Part shown: in pieces, positions 1-9,073 of the stretch | Numbering within the stretch: position 1 is the stretch's first letter | Layout of the letters: every line of letters starts with the position of its first letter | IMG/VR virus record: IMGVR_UViG_3300014501_000001 | Location: 32,001-96,000 of that record | Length of the DNA stretch: 64,000 nucleotides | Source: a virus | Strand: one strand, 5' to 3' | Notes under the pieces: model-generated | Database searches by the model: none | Seen by the model: the letters and a program-made list of their open reading frames with translations, nothing else | Told to the model about the DNA's origin: nothing | Translations under genes and position numbers: made by a program

Positions 1-604
1 ATTCGGTGTCAGTGGTCATGCTTCCTCCCCGAACAGGGAATCCTGGCCGGGCAGCTGCACTGCCGCCGGCGTGGCCTTGCGTGACGGCACGGGCAGCAGC
101 CGGGGGAACAGGGTGGCCGGCGCGGTCTCGATGATCGCGCGCTCCCTCCTGCCCGCTGCCTGCCGGTCGAACTCCGCCGCCTGCATCTCGCTCCATGCGG
201 TCATCTTCGTAAACCTTTCTTTGCGCTGATAGCTGGTCATCGAAGCCCGTTGCGGTGATGCGAGGGTGGGTATCCCACCAGTCGCAAAGATCAGAGGTAG
301 CGTTAGCGCGGGCAGTCGCCTCATTGCCTGACCAGAGCTGCCACTCGTCGCCGAGCTTCGAGCCGCGGGCTAGCAGGTGGCCCCTTAGCTCGGTCCTGGC
401 CTGCGCGTACTGCGCTTCTGCGGCGTACACGAAATCGCCGGTGATCAGCTTGACGCGCCGCGCTGTCATGCGCTTCACGCGCTCACGGCGGGAACGCTCG
501 GCGGCTACCGCGCCGGACCAGTCATCGGCGGCGACCGCGGCGAGCTCGGAAAGCTCGGCGGCTGACAGCGCCGACAGGTCCGGTCGTTCTAGCGTGATGG
601 TCAT
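1..604 (-). CDS. Hypothetical early protein (MTITLERPDLSALS...), frame runs off the window edge
   Basis: ATG at 604 preceded by the CCAGCCAGGGGGAG motif; frame open to position 1, so absent from the ORF track; overlaps the 16..204 ORF. Confidence 0.5.
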   Translation of the reverse strand, partial: MTITLERPDLSALSAAELSELAAVAADDWSGAVAAERSRRERVKRMTARRVKLITGDFVYAAEAQYAQARTELRGHLLARGSKLGDEWQLWSGNEATARANATSDLCDWWDTHPRITATGFDDQLSAQRKVYEDDRMERDAGGGVRPAGSGQEGARDHRDRAGHPVPPAAARAVTQGHAGGSAAARPGFPVRGGSMTTDTE

Positions 605-858
605 TGCGATTTCTCCCCCTGGCTGGAGTTGTTTCTGAGTGCCCTCCCGCGCCGCGAGCGCGGATGCCCGGTCCTGCCGGTCCGAGGGCTTGACGTGCTA
701 GCGGCTGATCGTGACTCTGCTGGTGACCTGCGCCGCGCTGGTGACTTCCCATGCCCCCGCAGGCCGGTCCTGACGGCACGCACGATCCTGCGGACGGTTC
801 CCGCAGCCTGCGCACGGTGGAATCCGTGTGACCGGACCCCTGTAACGGTGTAGCTCAT
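601..858 (-). CDS. Small basic hypothetical protein
   Basis: ATG at 858 downstream of the AGCCAGGGG motif; stop overlaps the next start. Confidence 0.4.
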   Translation of the reverse strand: MSYTVTGVRSHGFHRAQAAGTVRRIVRAVRTGLRGHGKSPARRRSPAESRSAASTSSPRTGRTGHPRSRRGRALRNNSSQGEKSQ

Positions 859-946
859 CGTTTCCCCCCTGGCTGGGATTTCACGGTGCCTTCCTGGCAC
901 ACTGCCGGGCCGGCGCGGTAATGAGCGCGCTTGCCCTACGGCGATG

Positions 947-1210
947 TCAGAGCCCGGCTGCGACCTTGCGCAGCTCATCCGCGATGACCTGGTAAGAGGC
1001 AGCCCAGCGCGCGTCATGCTCGGCGCTCACGATCGGCTGCCCGAGCTTGCCGGCGTCGCGGAACTTCCGCGCGTCAGAGGCGTAGGACTCCGCGCGCTCG
1101 GTGAGCTGCCCTGCGCACTCAGCCCACACGCCTTCAGGATCGGTGTAGTACGTGACCGCCTCGCGGCAGTGAGGGCAGCTCTCCGGCCGCTTCGGCTTGC
1201 GCGCGGTCAT
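947..1210 (-). CDS. Hypothetical protein with CxxC
   Basis: ATGA coupling to the upstream gene. Confidence 0.55.
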   Translation of the reverse strand: MTARKPKRPESCPHCREAVTYYTDPEGVWAECAGQLTERAESYASDARKFRDAGKLGQPIVSAEHDARWAASYQVIADELRKVAAGL

Positions 1211-1608
1211 GACGCCACGCTCGCATGGTCACTGATCAGCGCCGAGCCGGTACGGATGACCGCCAGCGCGTCCCTGGCCGCCATGGCGATCCCGTCCGCG
1301 TAGAACAGGTAGCCGCGCTTCGGGCCGCCTGGCAGGCACGGCGTGAAGCCCTCGGCATCCATGCGCCGCTGGCAGATGCGCTCCCACCGTTCGAGCCACG
1401 CGATGACGCTGTCGCGTCCCACGGGGCAGTCGCGGAAGTAACGCGCCGTCATGCGGTTAAGCGCCGCGCGTCCCCGCCAGTAGCTCGCTTCCGTGCCGCG
1501 GACGCCGGCAGCATGGGCCGACGCGCTGTCTGCGGCCCATGCGAAGTAGCCGCCGGCCTGGTCAAGCTCGATCCGCCTGGCGGCGATCATGACGTCAATG
1601 GTGCTCAT
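1207..1608 (-). CDS. Hypothetical protein
   Basis: CTAGCCAGGGAGG RBS motif upstream. Confidence 0.6.
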   Translation of the reverse strand: MSTIDVMIAARRIELDQAGGYFAWAADSASAHAAGVRGTEASYWRGRAALNRMTARYFRDCPVGRDSVIAWLERWERICQRRMDAEGFTPCLPGGPKRGYLFYADGIAMAARDALAVIRTGSALISDHASVAS

Positions 1609-1677
1609 TCCGGTAAACCTCCCTGGCTAGGTTCCTGCTGAGCTTTCCAGCGCAAGCGACGCGCGTTACCGCGCCGC

Positions 1678-1989
1678 TCACGCAAGCAGCTCAGGAGCTG
1701 CTATCACTGCGGCTGACAGCGCGTTGACCGCTGCGGCCAGATCCGGGAACTTCCCGAGCGGCTCCCACCGCACGCCGGACGCGCGCCAGTGCCCGCAATA
1801 GAATTCGAGCCGGCCGGCGTCACCGTTGCGGTACGACGCGCGCACCGTGCCTGCCTCGTCCCCCTCATCGATCACGAGCGTGAAGTCACCGAACGCCGGT
1901 GACCTGACAACGCCCAGGTCATCGATCATGAGAACCTCGGCCATGCCTGGCATCGTGACCGGCCGCAGATCCGTGCTTACGAACGTCAT
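1678..1989 (-). CDS. Hypothetical protein
   Basis: CTAGCCAGGGAG RBS motif upstream. Confidence 0.6.
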   Translation of the reverse strand: MTFVSTDLRPVTMPGMAEVLMIDDLGVVRSPAFGDFTLVIDEGDEAGTVRASYRNGDAGRLEFYCGHWRASGVRWEPLGKFPDLAAAVNALSAAVIAAPELLA

Positions 1990-2069
1990 GTCTCGCTCCC
2001 TGGCTAGTCGCTACGGGCTCATCAGGACCGGCATAACCGGCCGACGCGGCATCGCTGCCACGTTTCGCC

Positions 2070-2231
2070 CTACCTGCGCTGGTCAATGACCGCCACGTGC
2101 CCGTAAACGTCCACCGAGCCATCCGGCCGCAGCACTACGGCAACCGGCTCAGTGACCGCGGCCAGTTCGCCTAGACCGCTCATGTCGTCGGACGAGTGGA
2201 ACCGCATGGTTGCCGTGTTCTCTCTACTCAT
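2070..2231 (-). CDS. Small hypothetical protein
   Basis: AAGGGA RBS; GC3-rich frame. Confidence 0.45.
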   Translation of the reverse strand: MSRENTATMRFHSSDDMSGLGELAAVTEPVAVVLRPDGSVDVYGHVAVIDQRR

Positions 2232-2446
2232 TCCCTTGCCTCCCGGGCTCATCAGCGCGGCCCCTTAGCCGCGGACTCCGCAACCATCGCGGAGTTTCGC
2301 CCTGCCCTAGCTCGCCATATGCCGCAGGAACACTGCCCGCGTCACCTCGAAAGCCCCGTTCACCATCCGTGCTACCTCGCACAAGTGCCTGCCGCACGGC
2401 GCGAACAACTCGATATGCGCGATCGTGAAGCCGAGTACGTACCGCA

Positions 2447-2767
2447 TCAGGCAGCACTCGCCTTTGCGTGCATCTCACGGAGCGGCGCGGCCAGCATGCG
2501 CAACCGCACGTCGCCGGCGCTTGCCAGGCAGTTGCCCTCCGCGTCGTACTCACCGTGCGCGCCGTGAGTGTCCGCATGCCGGCAGTTGCCCCAGCGGTCG
2601 CACAGGACCGTGAACCTGGAGCCATCCGACGCGCACACATGAAACAGGCTGACGCGCGTCTGCGGGTAAGGCGTCTCGATCTCCTCGATGCGGTATCCGT
2701 AGTCACCCCACTCGCGGGCGATGTAGCTACCTGCCGCGCTGAGCTGGTCTGGCGTGATGCTGAGCAT
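2447..2767 (-). CDS. Hypothetical protein (MLSITPDQ...)
   Basis: CTAGCCAGGGAG RBS motif upstream. Confidence 0.6.
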   Translation of the reverse strand: MLSITPDQLSAAGSYIAREWGDYGYRIEEIETPYPQTRVSLFHVCASDGSRFTVLCDRWGNCRHADTHGAHGEYDAEGNCLASAGDVRLRMLAAPLREMHAKASAA

Positions 2768-2853
2768 GCGATCTCCCTGGCTAGATGATCTTCCCGAGTG
2801 CCCGTGCCACGCATCGAACGTGACAGCCTGCCTGTCAGGACGGGCCAACTGCC

Positions 2854-3153
2854 TCAGTCCTCGTACGGCACCTTGTTGCTGCCGTCGTCCTGGACGCCAT
2901 GCGCGATGTCGCACCGGCTGCAGAACACGCCATCCGCATCCCAGTCCATGGAAGCGTTACCGTGCACCGGGCAACCGACCGCCATGGCGAACCTCTGCGC
3001 GTCGCTCAGCTCATCCCAGCCTGCGAGTTCCTGAGTCCGTGCCCACGCTTCGGGTGTCATCATCTGCACTGAAACCTCCTGGTAGTCAGACGGCAGCCGA
3101 CCTGTGCCGGAGTTACGATCCGGGCCGGTCTCGTATTCATACCGCATCTGCAT
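2854..3153 (-). CDS. Hypothetical Cys-containing protein, probably leaderless; first gene of the leftward operon
   Basis: ATG 6 nt after a -10 box. Confidence 0.55.
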   Translation of the reverse strand: MQMRYEYETGPDRNSGTGRLPSDYQEVSVQMMTPEAWARTQELAGWDELSDAQRFAMAVGCPVHGNASMDWDADGVFCSRCDIAHGVQDDGSNKVPYED

Positions 3154-3159
3154 ACCGCA

Positions 3160-3188
3160 ATGATGGGCCCTACCCGTGCCCCTGTCAA
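3160..3188 (-). promoter_or_regulatory. Sigma70-type promoter for the leftward early operon
   Basis: TTGACA (3188-3183), 17-nt spacer, CATCAT. Confidence 0.65.
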
Positions 3189-3614
3189 CCCTGCCGCGTA
3201 AAGTTTCCGTAGTGATCTTGAAGCTAGCGCGCATGAGTGCAGGTCACGACCCTGCACCCTGCCTCCAGCCGCGTAAAGTGGTGCACTATGCGCGGCACTG
3301 AGAGCATGCCCGCGCGGGACCTGGACCGCGGCACCGATGGCAGCTCAGCGGCCAGGCCCGGCCCGGCCAGGTACATACGCGGGGTGGTCCTGCCGCCCCG
3401 GCCAGGGCAGGGCATGAGAAGACCCCCCCTGCTTCGCTCTGGGCGCGCGCCGGCGGCAAAGGGTACCTTCGGGAATTTCACGAGCGATGTCCCTTGTGCG
3501 CACATGGGACTCCGGTGCCCTCAAAAAATCTCGCGCTGCATGACTCGCGCGCATGGCACGGTAGCCGTATACCGTATACGGAAATGCCCCCTGGGGCGCG
3601 TAGCGGTATACGGG

Positions 3615-3860
3615 TTACTCGTCCGGGCCGTCTAGCAGTTTCTGCTCAGCGGCGAAGGCTTTGGCCTCCTGCTTCATCAGCTCGCCGAACCGCTCAGGGT
3701 TCTCCCTGGCGAGCCGGCTGAGCGCCCGCGAGCGAACCATCGTCCGGTCGTAGCCATAGATCGCCCACGCTTCCTTGCATGCTTCGCAAGCCTGCTCCCC
3801 GGCCCTGCGGTGCCGGTGGTACCCGGAGATGGTCCCGCAGCCGGCCCGCAAGCGTGTCAT
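3615..3860 (-). CDS. Hypothetical protein with CGT..GY..H.R.GE..C..C motif common in actinophages
   Basis: Motif; coupled to the upstream ORF. Confidence 0.6.
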   Translation of the reverse strand: MTRLRAGCGTISGYHRHRRAGEQACEACKEAWAIYGYDRTMVRSRALSRLARENPERFGELMKQEAKAFAAEQKLLDGPDE

Positions 3861-4195
3861 GGAGTTGCGGTGTACTTCGCCGCCTCGCGCTCAAGGTCCG
3901 GGGTGTCCTCGCCGGACTCCAGCACCAGGGATGCGGCACGCTGCAGCCGGTCCGCAAGCAGGAGGGCCTCGGCGGGGTCAAGTAGCGCGGAGACCATGTT
4001 CCCCTCCTCGGACATGATGAGGCCGATCATGCCGGGGTCGTGGGCCGCGTTGCCGCAGCCGTCGTGGTCGCAGGTGGCGGCGCCTTCGGGTTCGTAGACG
4101 TGCTCGACGGCGATTGACACGTCGTCGCAGGGATGCAGGCAGCCGATCATGCGGCTGCGGAGCGGGCCGGCCTCTGGCTCAGGGTTCGCTGTCAT
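3857..4195 (-). CDS. Hypothetical protein (leaderless)
   Basis: TATACT -10 box 7 nt upstream of ATG. Confidence 0.6.
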   Translation of the reverse strand: MTANPEPEAGPLRSRMIGCLHPCDDVSIAVEHVYEPEGAATCDHDGCGNAAHDPGMIGLIMSEEGNMVSALLDPAEALLLADRLQRAASLVLESGEDTPDLEREAAKYTATP

Positions 4196-4201
4196 GGGTA
4201 T

Positions 4202-4232
4202 CAGTATACGGGAATCCGGTATCCGTATACTG
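4202..4232. promoter_or_regulatory. Symmetric divergent promoter/operator (CAGTATACGG-N11-CCGTATACTG)
   Basis: 10-bp inverted repeat; each arm carries a TATACT -10 box 6-7 nt before an ATG. Confidence 0.65.
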
Positions 4233-4237
4233 GCAAC

Positions 4238-4615
4238 ATGCCGAGGTCAAGGACCAAAGACGGGCGCCGCGTGATCGTCACCGCGCGGCTCAGCGAGACG
4301 GAAGCCGAAGCGATCGACGCGGCGCGCGGAAAGCAGCCGCGCTCCGAATGGCTCCAGTCCGCTATCCAGCAGGCGCTCGCATTCAGCGAGCGGCCAGATC
4401 CGGCCCGGCCACGGCGCGCGGCACCGAGGAAGCCGACCGAGGCCGAGAAGGACGCTGCGCGGATCGTCACGCGCCGCATGACCGGTGCGGAGATGCCGGC
4501 CGTCCCTGCCGCTGAGCCTTCACGCGGGCAGGACCGCGCCAGTGAGTGCCCGCCGCACCCGAAGGGGCGCGTTCTCAAGGGGCTGTGCGGAGCCTGCGGG
4601 ACGCACGTCGGCTGA
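4238..4615 (+). CDS. Ribbon-helix-helix-like DNA-binding protein with C-terminal Cys/His motif
   Basis: VIVTARLSETEAEAIDAARGKQPRSEWL fits the CopG/RHH pattern. Confidence 0.55.
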   Translation: MPRSRTKDGRRVIVTARLSETEAEAIDAARGKQPRSEWLQSAIQQALAFSERPDPARPRRAAPRKPTEAEKDAARIVTRRMTGAEMPAVPAAEPSRGQDRASECPPHPKGRVLKGLCGACGTHVG

Positions 4616-4623
4616 ATCGCCAG

Positions 4624-4989
4624 TCAGCACGCCTCTGCCGTGACCGGGCAGATGGGGTTACCGCTGAGATGCACCATCTCGTAGCCGTCCACCCCGTCTG
4701 AGGGCTGGACGGGGCGGACCCACTCGCCGCATTTCATCCCGCACTCACGGACCCCTGCGGCCTTCTCCAGGGACCGGATGGCGCTGTTCAGTTCCGCCCT
4801 GAACCTCGCGATGCGCTCGAAGAACACGGCCGGGTCCGGGCTCGCGCCGATGATCCACTCGTCGCACTGATGCGGCAGCCAGATTGCCCAGTCACCGTCT
4901 TCCACGTCCATGGGGACGGCATCGCCGTCAGGCCATTCGGGTTCCGGCTGCCCGGGCTGGTGCGTCCCGAAGCCAAATGGCTCGCTCAC
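4624..4989 (-). CDS. Hypothetical protein
   Basis: GGAGG RBS; coupled overlap. Confidence 0.55.
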   Translation of the reverse strand: MSEPFGFGTHQPGQPEPEWPDGDAVPMDVEDGDWAIWLPHQCDEWIIGASPDPAVFFERIARFRAELNSAIRSLEKAAGVRECGMKCGEWVRPVQPSDGVDGYEMVHLSGNPICPVTAEAC

Positions 4990-5237
4990 GGCTTTCCTCC
5001 TGCCTCCGGGTCGCAGGTGACCAGTTCGGCTACCTCGTAGCCGTAGCGGTCCGGCGGGTACGGGCTGCCGTCATCGAACAGCATCTCCACCTCGTAGTAG
5101 GCACGCTGCCTGTCGCGTGCCCGCTCGGCCTTGGCGTAGGTGCCGTGGACCTCGTTGAACTCCGTGCCCGTGCGCATCGTGCCATCTGGTGCGGTGATGA
5201 AGGTCACGACCACGAAGCCGATGTGATTGCCGCTCAT
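4986..5237 (-). CDS. Hypothetical protein (MSGNHIGFVVV...)
   Basis: TACGAT -10 box 6 nt before ATG; 3' part of the 512-aa track ORF. Confidence 0.5.
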   Translation of the reverse strand: MSGNHIGFVVVTFITAPDGTMRTGTEFNEVHGTYAKAERARDRQRAYYEVEMLFDDGSPYPPDRYGYEVAELVTCDPEAGGKP

Positions 5238-5266
5238 CCCCTGATCGTAGCCACCCGCACCGTGGG

Positions 5267-5641
5267 TCACCCCTTGCGCCGGTTGCTCGTTACGGGCGTG
5301 CCTGCCTCTTTGAGGTCGATGCAGTAGGTGCCATCCACCTGGATCAGCGGCCAGCGGCGCGTCTGGCTGGCGTCGAGCTTGATGAACCGCAGGAATGCGA
5401 CAGCCGACGCTACGTGCTGCTTGCCCCGCACCCGGTGGGCGTTCTGGTGGGCCGCCGCCGTGCTCCGGAAGCCGGCGAGGCGCTCCTCGCGGTAGTACAG
5501 GAACGTGACGGCCGCGGGCGAGCCGAGAGCCTCCCAGGCTGCGCCGCTGAAGGTGATAACACCCCGGCGGGTGATAGTTACCGTCGCATGCGTGCTGCGC
5601 CTGCGCGAACCAGTGCGCTCGTAAATCTCGAAGTCCGGCAT
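5267..5641 (-). CDS. Hypothetical protein (leaderless)
   Basis: TAGCAT -10 box 6 nt before ATG; globular composition. Confidence 0.6.
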   Translation of the reverse strand: MPDFEIYERTGSRRRSTHATVTITRRGVITFSGAAWEALGSPAAVTFLYYREERLAGFRSTAAAHQNAHRVRGKQHVASAVAFLRFIKLDASQTRRWPLIQVDGTYCIDLKEAGTPVTSNRRKG

Positions 5642-5702
5642 CTTCTAATGCTACATCTAAAGCGCGAAACGCGCATGCCACCCGCGCAGCAAGGAGACCT
5701 GA

Positions 5703-6374
5703 ATGAAGCGACTCCTCGCAGCCCTGCTCGCGGGCGCCGTGGCCCTGATGCTCGCCAGCCTCCCCGTATCGGCGGCAGCCTCCGCGCATCCCCGCGGCCA
5801 TGTCGTCACCCTTCCCGGCATCAAGGGCAACAACGACGGCAATGACCTGTGCTGGGATGAGGGCGGCGCCGACTGCCTGCATGTCTCCGGGCCCGCCACC
5901 GATGACGTGGTGCGCACCGACCCGTGGACCTACTCGGGCGGCTACATGGCGTTCGAGTTCGTGAACGCCATCGGCTGGTACCCCGGCGTGACCGTCTCCT
6001 CCTCCGGTGCCTACCCGTTCACCCCCGGCTCCGGCATGAACGCCACGTACAACGGTGACCTGATCGTCATCGGCGGCTTCACCAGCATCCTCAATAACGG
6101 CGGCAACGGCGGCTGCATCGGCGTCGATTCCGCCGATAACTACGCGGACGCGCTGGAGCGGCCCTGCCTGTTCGGCCGCGGCTCGACCCTGGTCCTGCAG
6201 CTGGACCCCTACGGGCAGGGCAACGAGGTGATCTCCGTCGCCTCCAGTGACCATTACGGCACCCCGATGTTCCTCAACGGCGCCGGGGACGGGATCGCCA
6301 CCGCATGGGTGCAGCCCCTCTCGTCGTGCGACGGATCTAATGCCACCTGCCTGTGGGCACCGGGAACGAGCTAG
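5703..6374 (+). CDS. Secreted Cys-containing beta-rich protein (moron-like)
   Basis: AAGGAG RBS; Sec signal peptide MKRLLAALLAGAVALMLASLPVSAAASA. Confidence 0.7.
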   Translation: MKRLLAALLAGAVALMLASLPVSAAASAHPRGHVVTLPGIKGNNDGNDLCWDEGGADCLHVSGPATDDVVRTDPWTYSGGYMAFEFVNAIGWYPGVTVSSSGAYPFTPGSGMNATYNGDLIVIGGFTSILNNGGNGGCIGVDSADNYADALERPCLFGRGSTLVLQLDPYGQGNEVISVASSDHYGTPMFLNGAGDGIATAWVQPLSSCDGSNATCLWAPGTS

Positions 6375-6378
6375 CGCC

Positions 6379-6984
6379 GTGGCCGCTGACCCGGAAGGCG
6401 GCGCCCTGGAGCACCGCCGGCGCAAGCGGGATGCGTTGCCGGCGCGGCAGCTTGACGCGAAGGCCCTGGAGCGGGCGAAGCGGGCCGCTGAGGCGATGAC
6501 GCTGCGGGCACGCGGCCACTCCATGCAGGAAATCGCCGACGAGCTGGGCTACGCGAGCAAGGCGGTCGCCGAGAAGGATATCCGCCGGGCGCTGCTGGAG
6601 ACCATGCAGCAGCCCGCGGACGAGCTGCGGGCGATGGAGTACAACCGGACCATGCTCGTGATCCGGGGAGCGTGGGACCTGATCGCCGACCCGCAGCCGC
6701 TGGTGGACAAGACGGGTCACCCGGTGACGCTCATCGGCGAGGACGGCAGCGAGTACGCGGTCCCGGACCAGGCCATCATCGACCGGCACCACCAGACGAT
6801 CCTGAAAGCGTCGGAGTCACTGCGGAAGCTGATGGGCCTCGACGCGCCTACCCGGTCGGTGAGCGCACGCGCGGCGATCAGCCTCCAGGAGCTTCAGCAG
6901 ATGTCCGCCGACCTCGGCATCCCCGCCGAGGAGATCTACCTGAACGGCGGGGAGCAAGGGGATGACGAGGACGCGCCCGGCTGA
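6379..6984 (+). CDS. Terminase small subunit (HTH)
   Basis: LRARGHSMQEIADELGY HTH; LRKLMGLDAP motif; directly precedes the large subunit. Confidence 0.75.
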   Translation: MAADPEGGALEHRRRKRDALPARQLDAKALERAKRAAEAMTLRARGHSMQEIADELGYASKAVAEKDIRRALLETMQQPADELRAMEYNRTMLVIRGAWDLIADPQPLVDKTGHPVTLIGEDGSEYAVPDQAIIDRHHQTILKASESLRKLMGLDAPTRSVSARAAISLQELQQMSADLGIPAEEIYLNGGEQGDDEDAPG

Positions 6985-8590
6985 GCCCCTGGAGCCCCTG
7001 GACATCGACGCGGAGATCCGGCGGCTCCTGGCCCTCAACGCGAAGTGGCTGGCCGCGAGGCAGGAAACGTCCCGCGAGTCGGTTGCCAGGTACCTGCACG
7101 ATCCGTCCGGATTCGCCAAAAATTGCATCAACTGGGACGCGGCGCCCGGCAGCAAGGACGAGGGCCACGGCGACGGCGCGCGGGGGCTGGCGGACTACCA
7201 GGCCGAGATCCTGGACCTGCTGGACAGCAAGAAGCGCGTAGCCGTCCGCGCGCCCCGCGGGACCGGCAAGTCCATGCTCGGCGCCGTCACGGTCCTGTGG
7301 TTCGCGCTGACCCGCGAGGCCGCGGGGATCGACTGGAAGATCGTCACCACCGCCGGCGCGTGGCAGCAGCTCAAGAACTACTTCTGGCCCGAGGTCCACA
7401 AGTGGGCCGGGCTGATCCGCTGGGACATCGTGCGGGACGGCCGGCCGCCGAAATCCGATGAGCTGATGCGCCAGGCCCTCCGCCTGCCCCACGGCCTCGC
7501 CCTCGCCGCCGCGCCGACTGACTCGGCGAAGATCGAGGGCGCGCACGCGAGCGCGATATTGATCATGTTTGATGAGGCGAAGCTGATCCCGGCGACGACG
7601 TGGGATGCGATCGAGGGCGCCCTGTCCGGCGGCGGCGAGGCCCTCGCGCTGGCCCTGTCCACGCCGGGTGACCCGCAGGGCCGGTTCTACGACATCCACT
7701 CCCGCCGTGAGGGCCTGGAGGACTGGACCGCCCGCCACGTCACCCTGGACGAGGCGGTAGCGGCGGGGCAGATCAGCCGCAAGTGGGCTGACCAGCGGAT
7801 CAGGCAGTACGGGCTGACCTCCCAGTTCGTGCAGTGCCACGTCCTCGGCGAGTTCCATTCCGCTGACGATGATGCGGTGATCCCGCTCGCCTGGATCGAG
7901 GAGGCGGTCGCCCGCTGGCACGCCTGGGCGGATGAGGGCAAGCCTGACCTGCCCGGCCCGCACTCGGTCGGCTGCGACATCGCCGGCTCCGGGTCGGACA
8001 TGACGGTCCTGGCGATCCGCAAGGGCCCGGTGCTGACGGAACTGCGTAAGTTCGGCAAAGCGGACACTATGGCGACAACGGGCAGAATTAAGGGCCTGCT
8101 CGATTCTGACGCCGAGATGACCGCCGTGGTGGACTCGGACGGCATCGGCAAGGGCGTCTACGACCGGCTCCGCGAGCAGAAGGCAAAGGCCGAGCCGTTC
8201 ACCGCCGCTAAAACCGCAGGCCAGCGGCGTGATGTCTCGGGAGAATACAGATTTTCTGACTGGAGAAGCTGGGCATGGTTCCGCCTGCGCGAGCTTCTGG
8301 ACCCCCGCAGCGACCCGGACATCTGCCTCCCTGATGATGATCTTCTGATCGGTGACCTGTGCGCCCCGAAGTACAAGATCGAGTCCGGGGCGCGGATCAA
8401 GGTCGAGTCCAAGGTCGATATCCGCAAGCGCCTCGGCCGGTCTACGGACGACGGCGACGCTGCCGTAATGGGGTATTCCTCCGAAGGCACGACATGGCTG
8501 GACGCTTACGGCGTAACTCGTTGTGAGTGTGGCAAAGCGTACATGGCGCGGCTCGGGAAGTGCCCCGCCTGCGGGGAAGTCGCCGCCTGA
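6962..8590 (+). CDS. terL: Terminase large subunit
   Basis: Walker A APRGTGKS, Walker B ILIMFDEA, coupling motif LSTP, nuclease motifs GCDIA and STDDGDA. Confidence 0.92.
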   Translation: MTRTRPAEPLEPLDIDAEIRRLLALNAKWLAARQETSRESVARYLHDPSGFAKNCINWDAAPGSKDEGHGDGARGLADYQAEILDLLDSKKRVAVRAPRGTGKSMLGAVTVLWFALTREAAGIDWKIVTTAGAWQQLKNYFWPEVHKWAGLIRWDIVRDGRPPKSDELMRQALRLPHGLALAAAPTDSAKIEGAHASAILIMFDEAKLIPATTWDAIEGALSGGGEALALALSTPGDPQGRFYDIHSRREGLEDWTARHVTLDEAVAAGQISRKWADQRIRQYGLTSQFVQCHVLGEFHSADDDAVIPLAWIEEAVARWHAWADEGKPDLPGPHSVGCDIAGSGSDMTVLAIRKGPVLTELRKFGKADTMATTGRIKGLLDSDAEMTAVVDSDGIGKGVYDRLREQKAKAEPFTAAKTAGQRRDVSGEYRFSDWRSWAWFRLRELLDPRSDPDICLPDDDLLIGDLCAPKYKIESGARIKVESKVDIRKRLGRSTDDGDAAVMGYSSEGTTWLDAYGVTRCECGKAYMARLGKCPACGEVAA

Positions 8591-8630
8591 GTTACTGTAC
8601 GCATTGCTGCATACCGTATACACTGCTCTC

Positions 8631-9023
8631 ATGACTGAGACCATGAGACCCGCGCCCCGCCAGGACCGCTGGAAGTCCTCCGTCCTGCTGCGCGGGGCGG
8701 CCCGCGCGCGTTACGAGGCGCGCGGGCGTTCCCTCGCCGCCCTGGTAGAGAAGGGCCTGGACGCCTTCGATGCCGAGGATGCAGCTGAAAAGCTATCCCT
8801 GGCTGCCGAGTCCGCCGCCGCCCTTGATCCCGTCAAGGCCATAGTGATCGAGTTCGAGCGCATGCTGCGGGCATCCCTGAACGAGCACGGCATGATCGCG
8901 TGGCCGGGGCTGCCGGAAGGCCACGTGCCCGAACTGGCTCAGCCCAGGACCGGCCCGGTGAAGATGCGTCCCGGCCGGCGCCCGAAGCTGCGCTACGTGC
9001 CGCGAGACGAAGAGCAAGCCTGA
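8631..9023 (+). CDS. Possible RHH-like regulator (leaderless)
   Basis: TACACT -10 box 6 nt before ATG. Confidence 0.5.
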   Translation: MTETMRPAPRQDRWKSSVLLRGAARARYEARGRSLAALVEKGLDAFDAEDAAEKLSLAAESAAALDPVKAIVIEFERMLRASLNEHGMIAWPGLPEGHVPELAQPRTGPVKMRPGRRPKLRYVPRDEEQA

Positions 9024-9073
9024 GCCGGCTCCTTCGCGGGGCCGGCAACCCCGTCGTAAGGAGTGCATGACTA

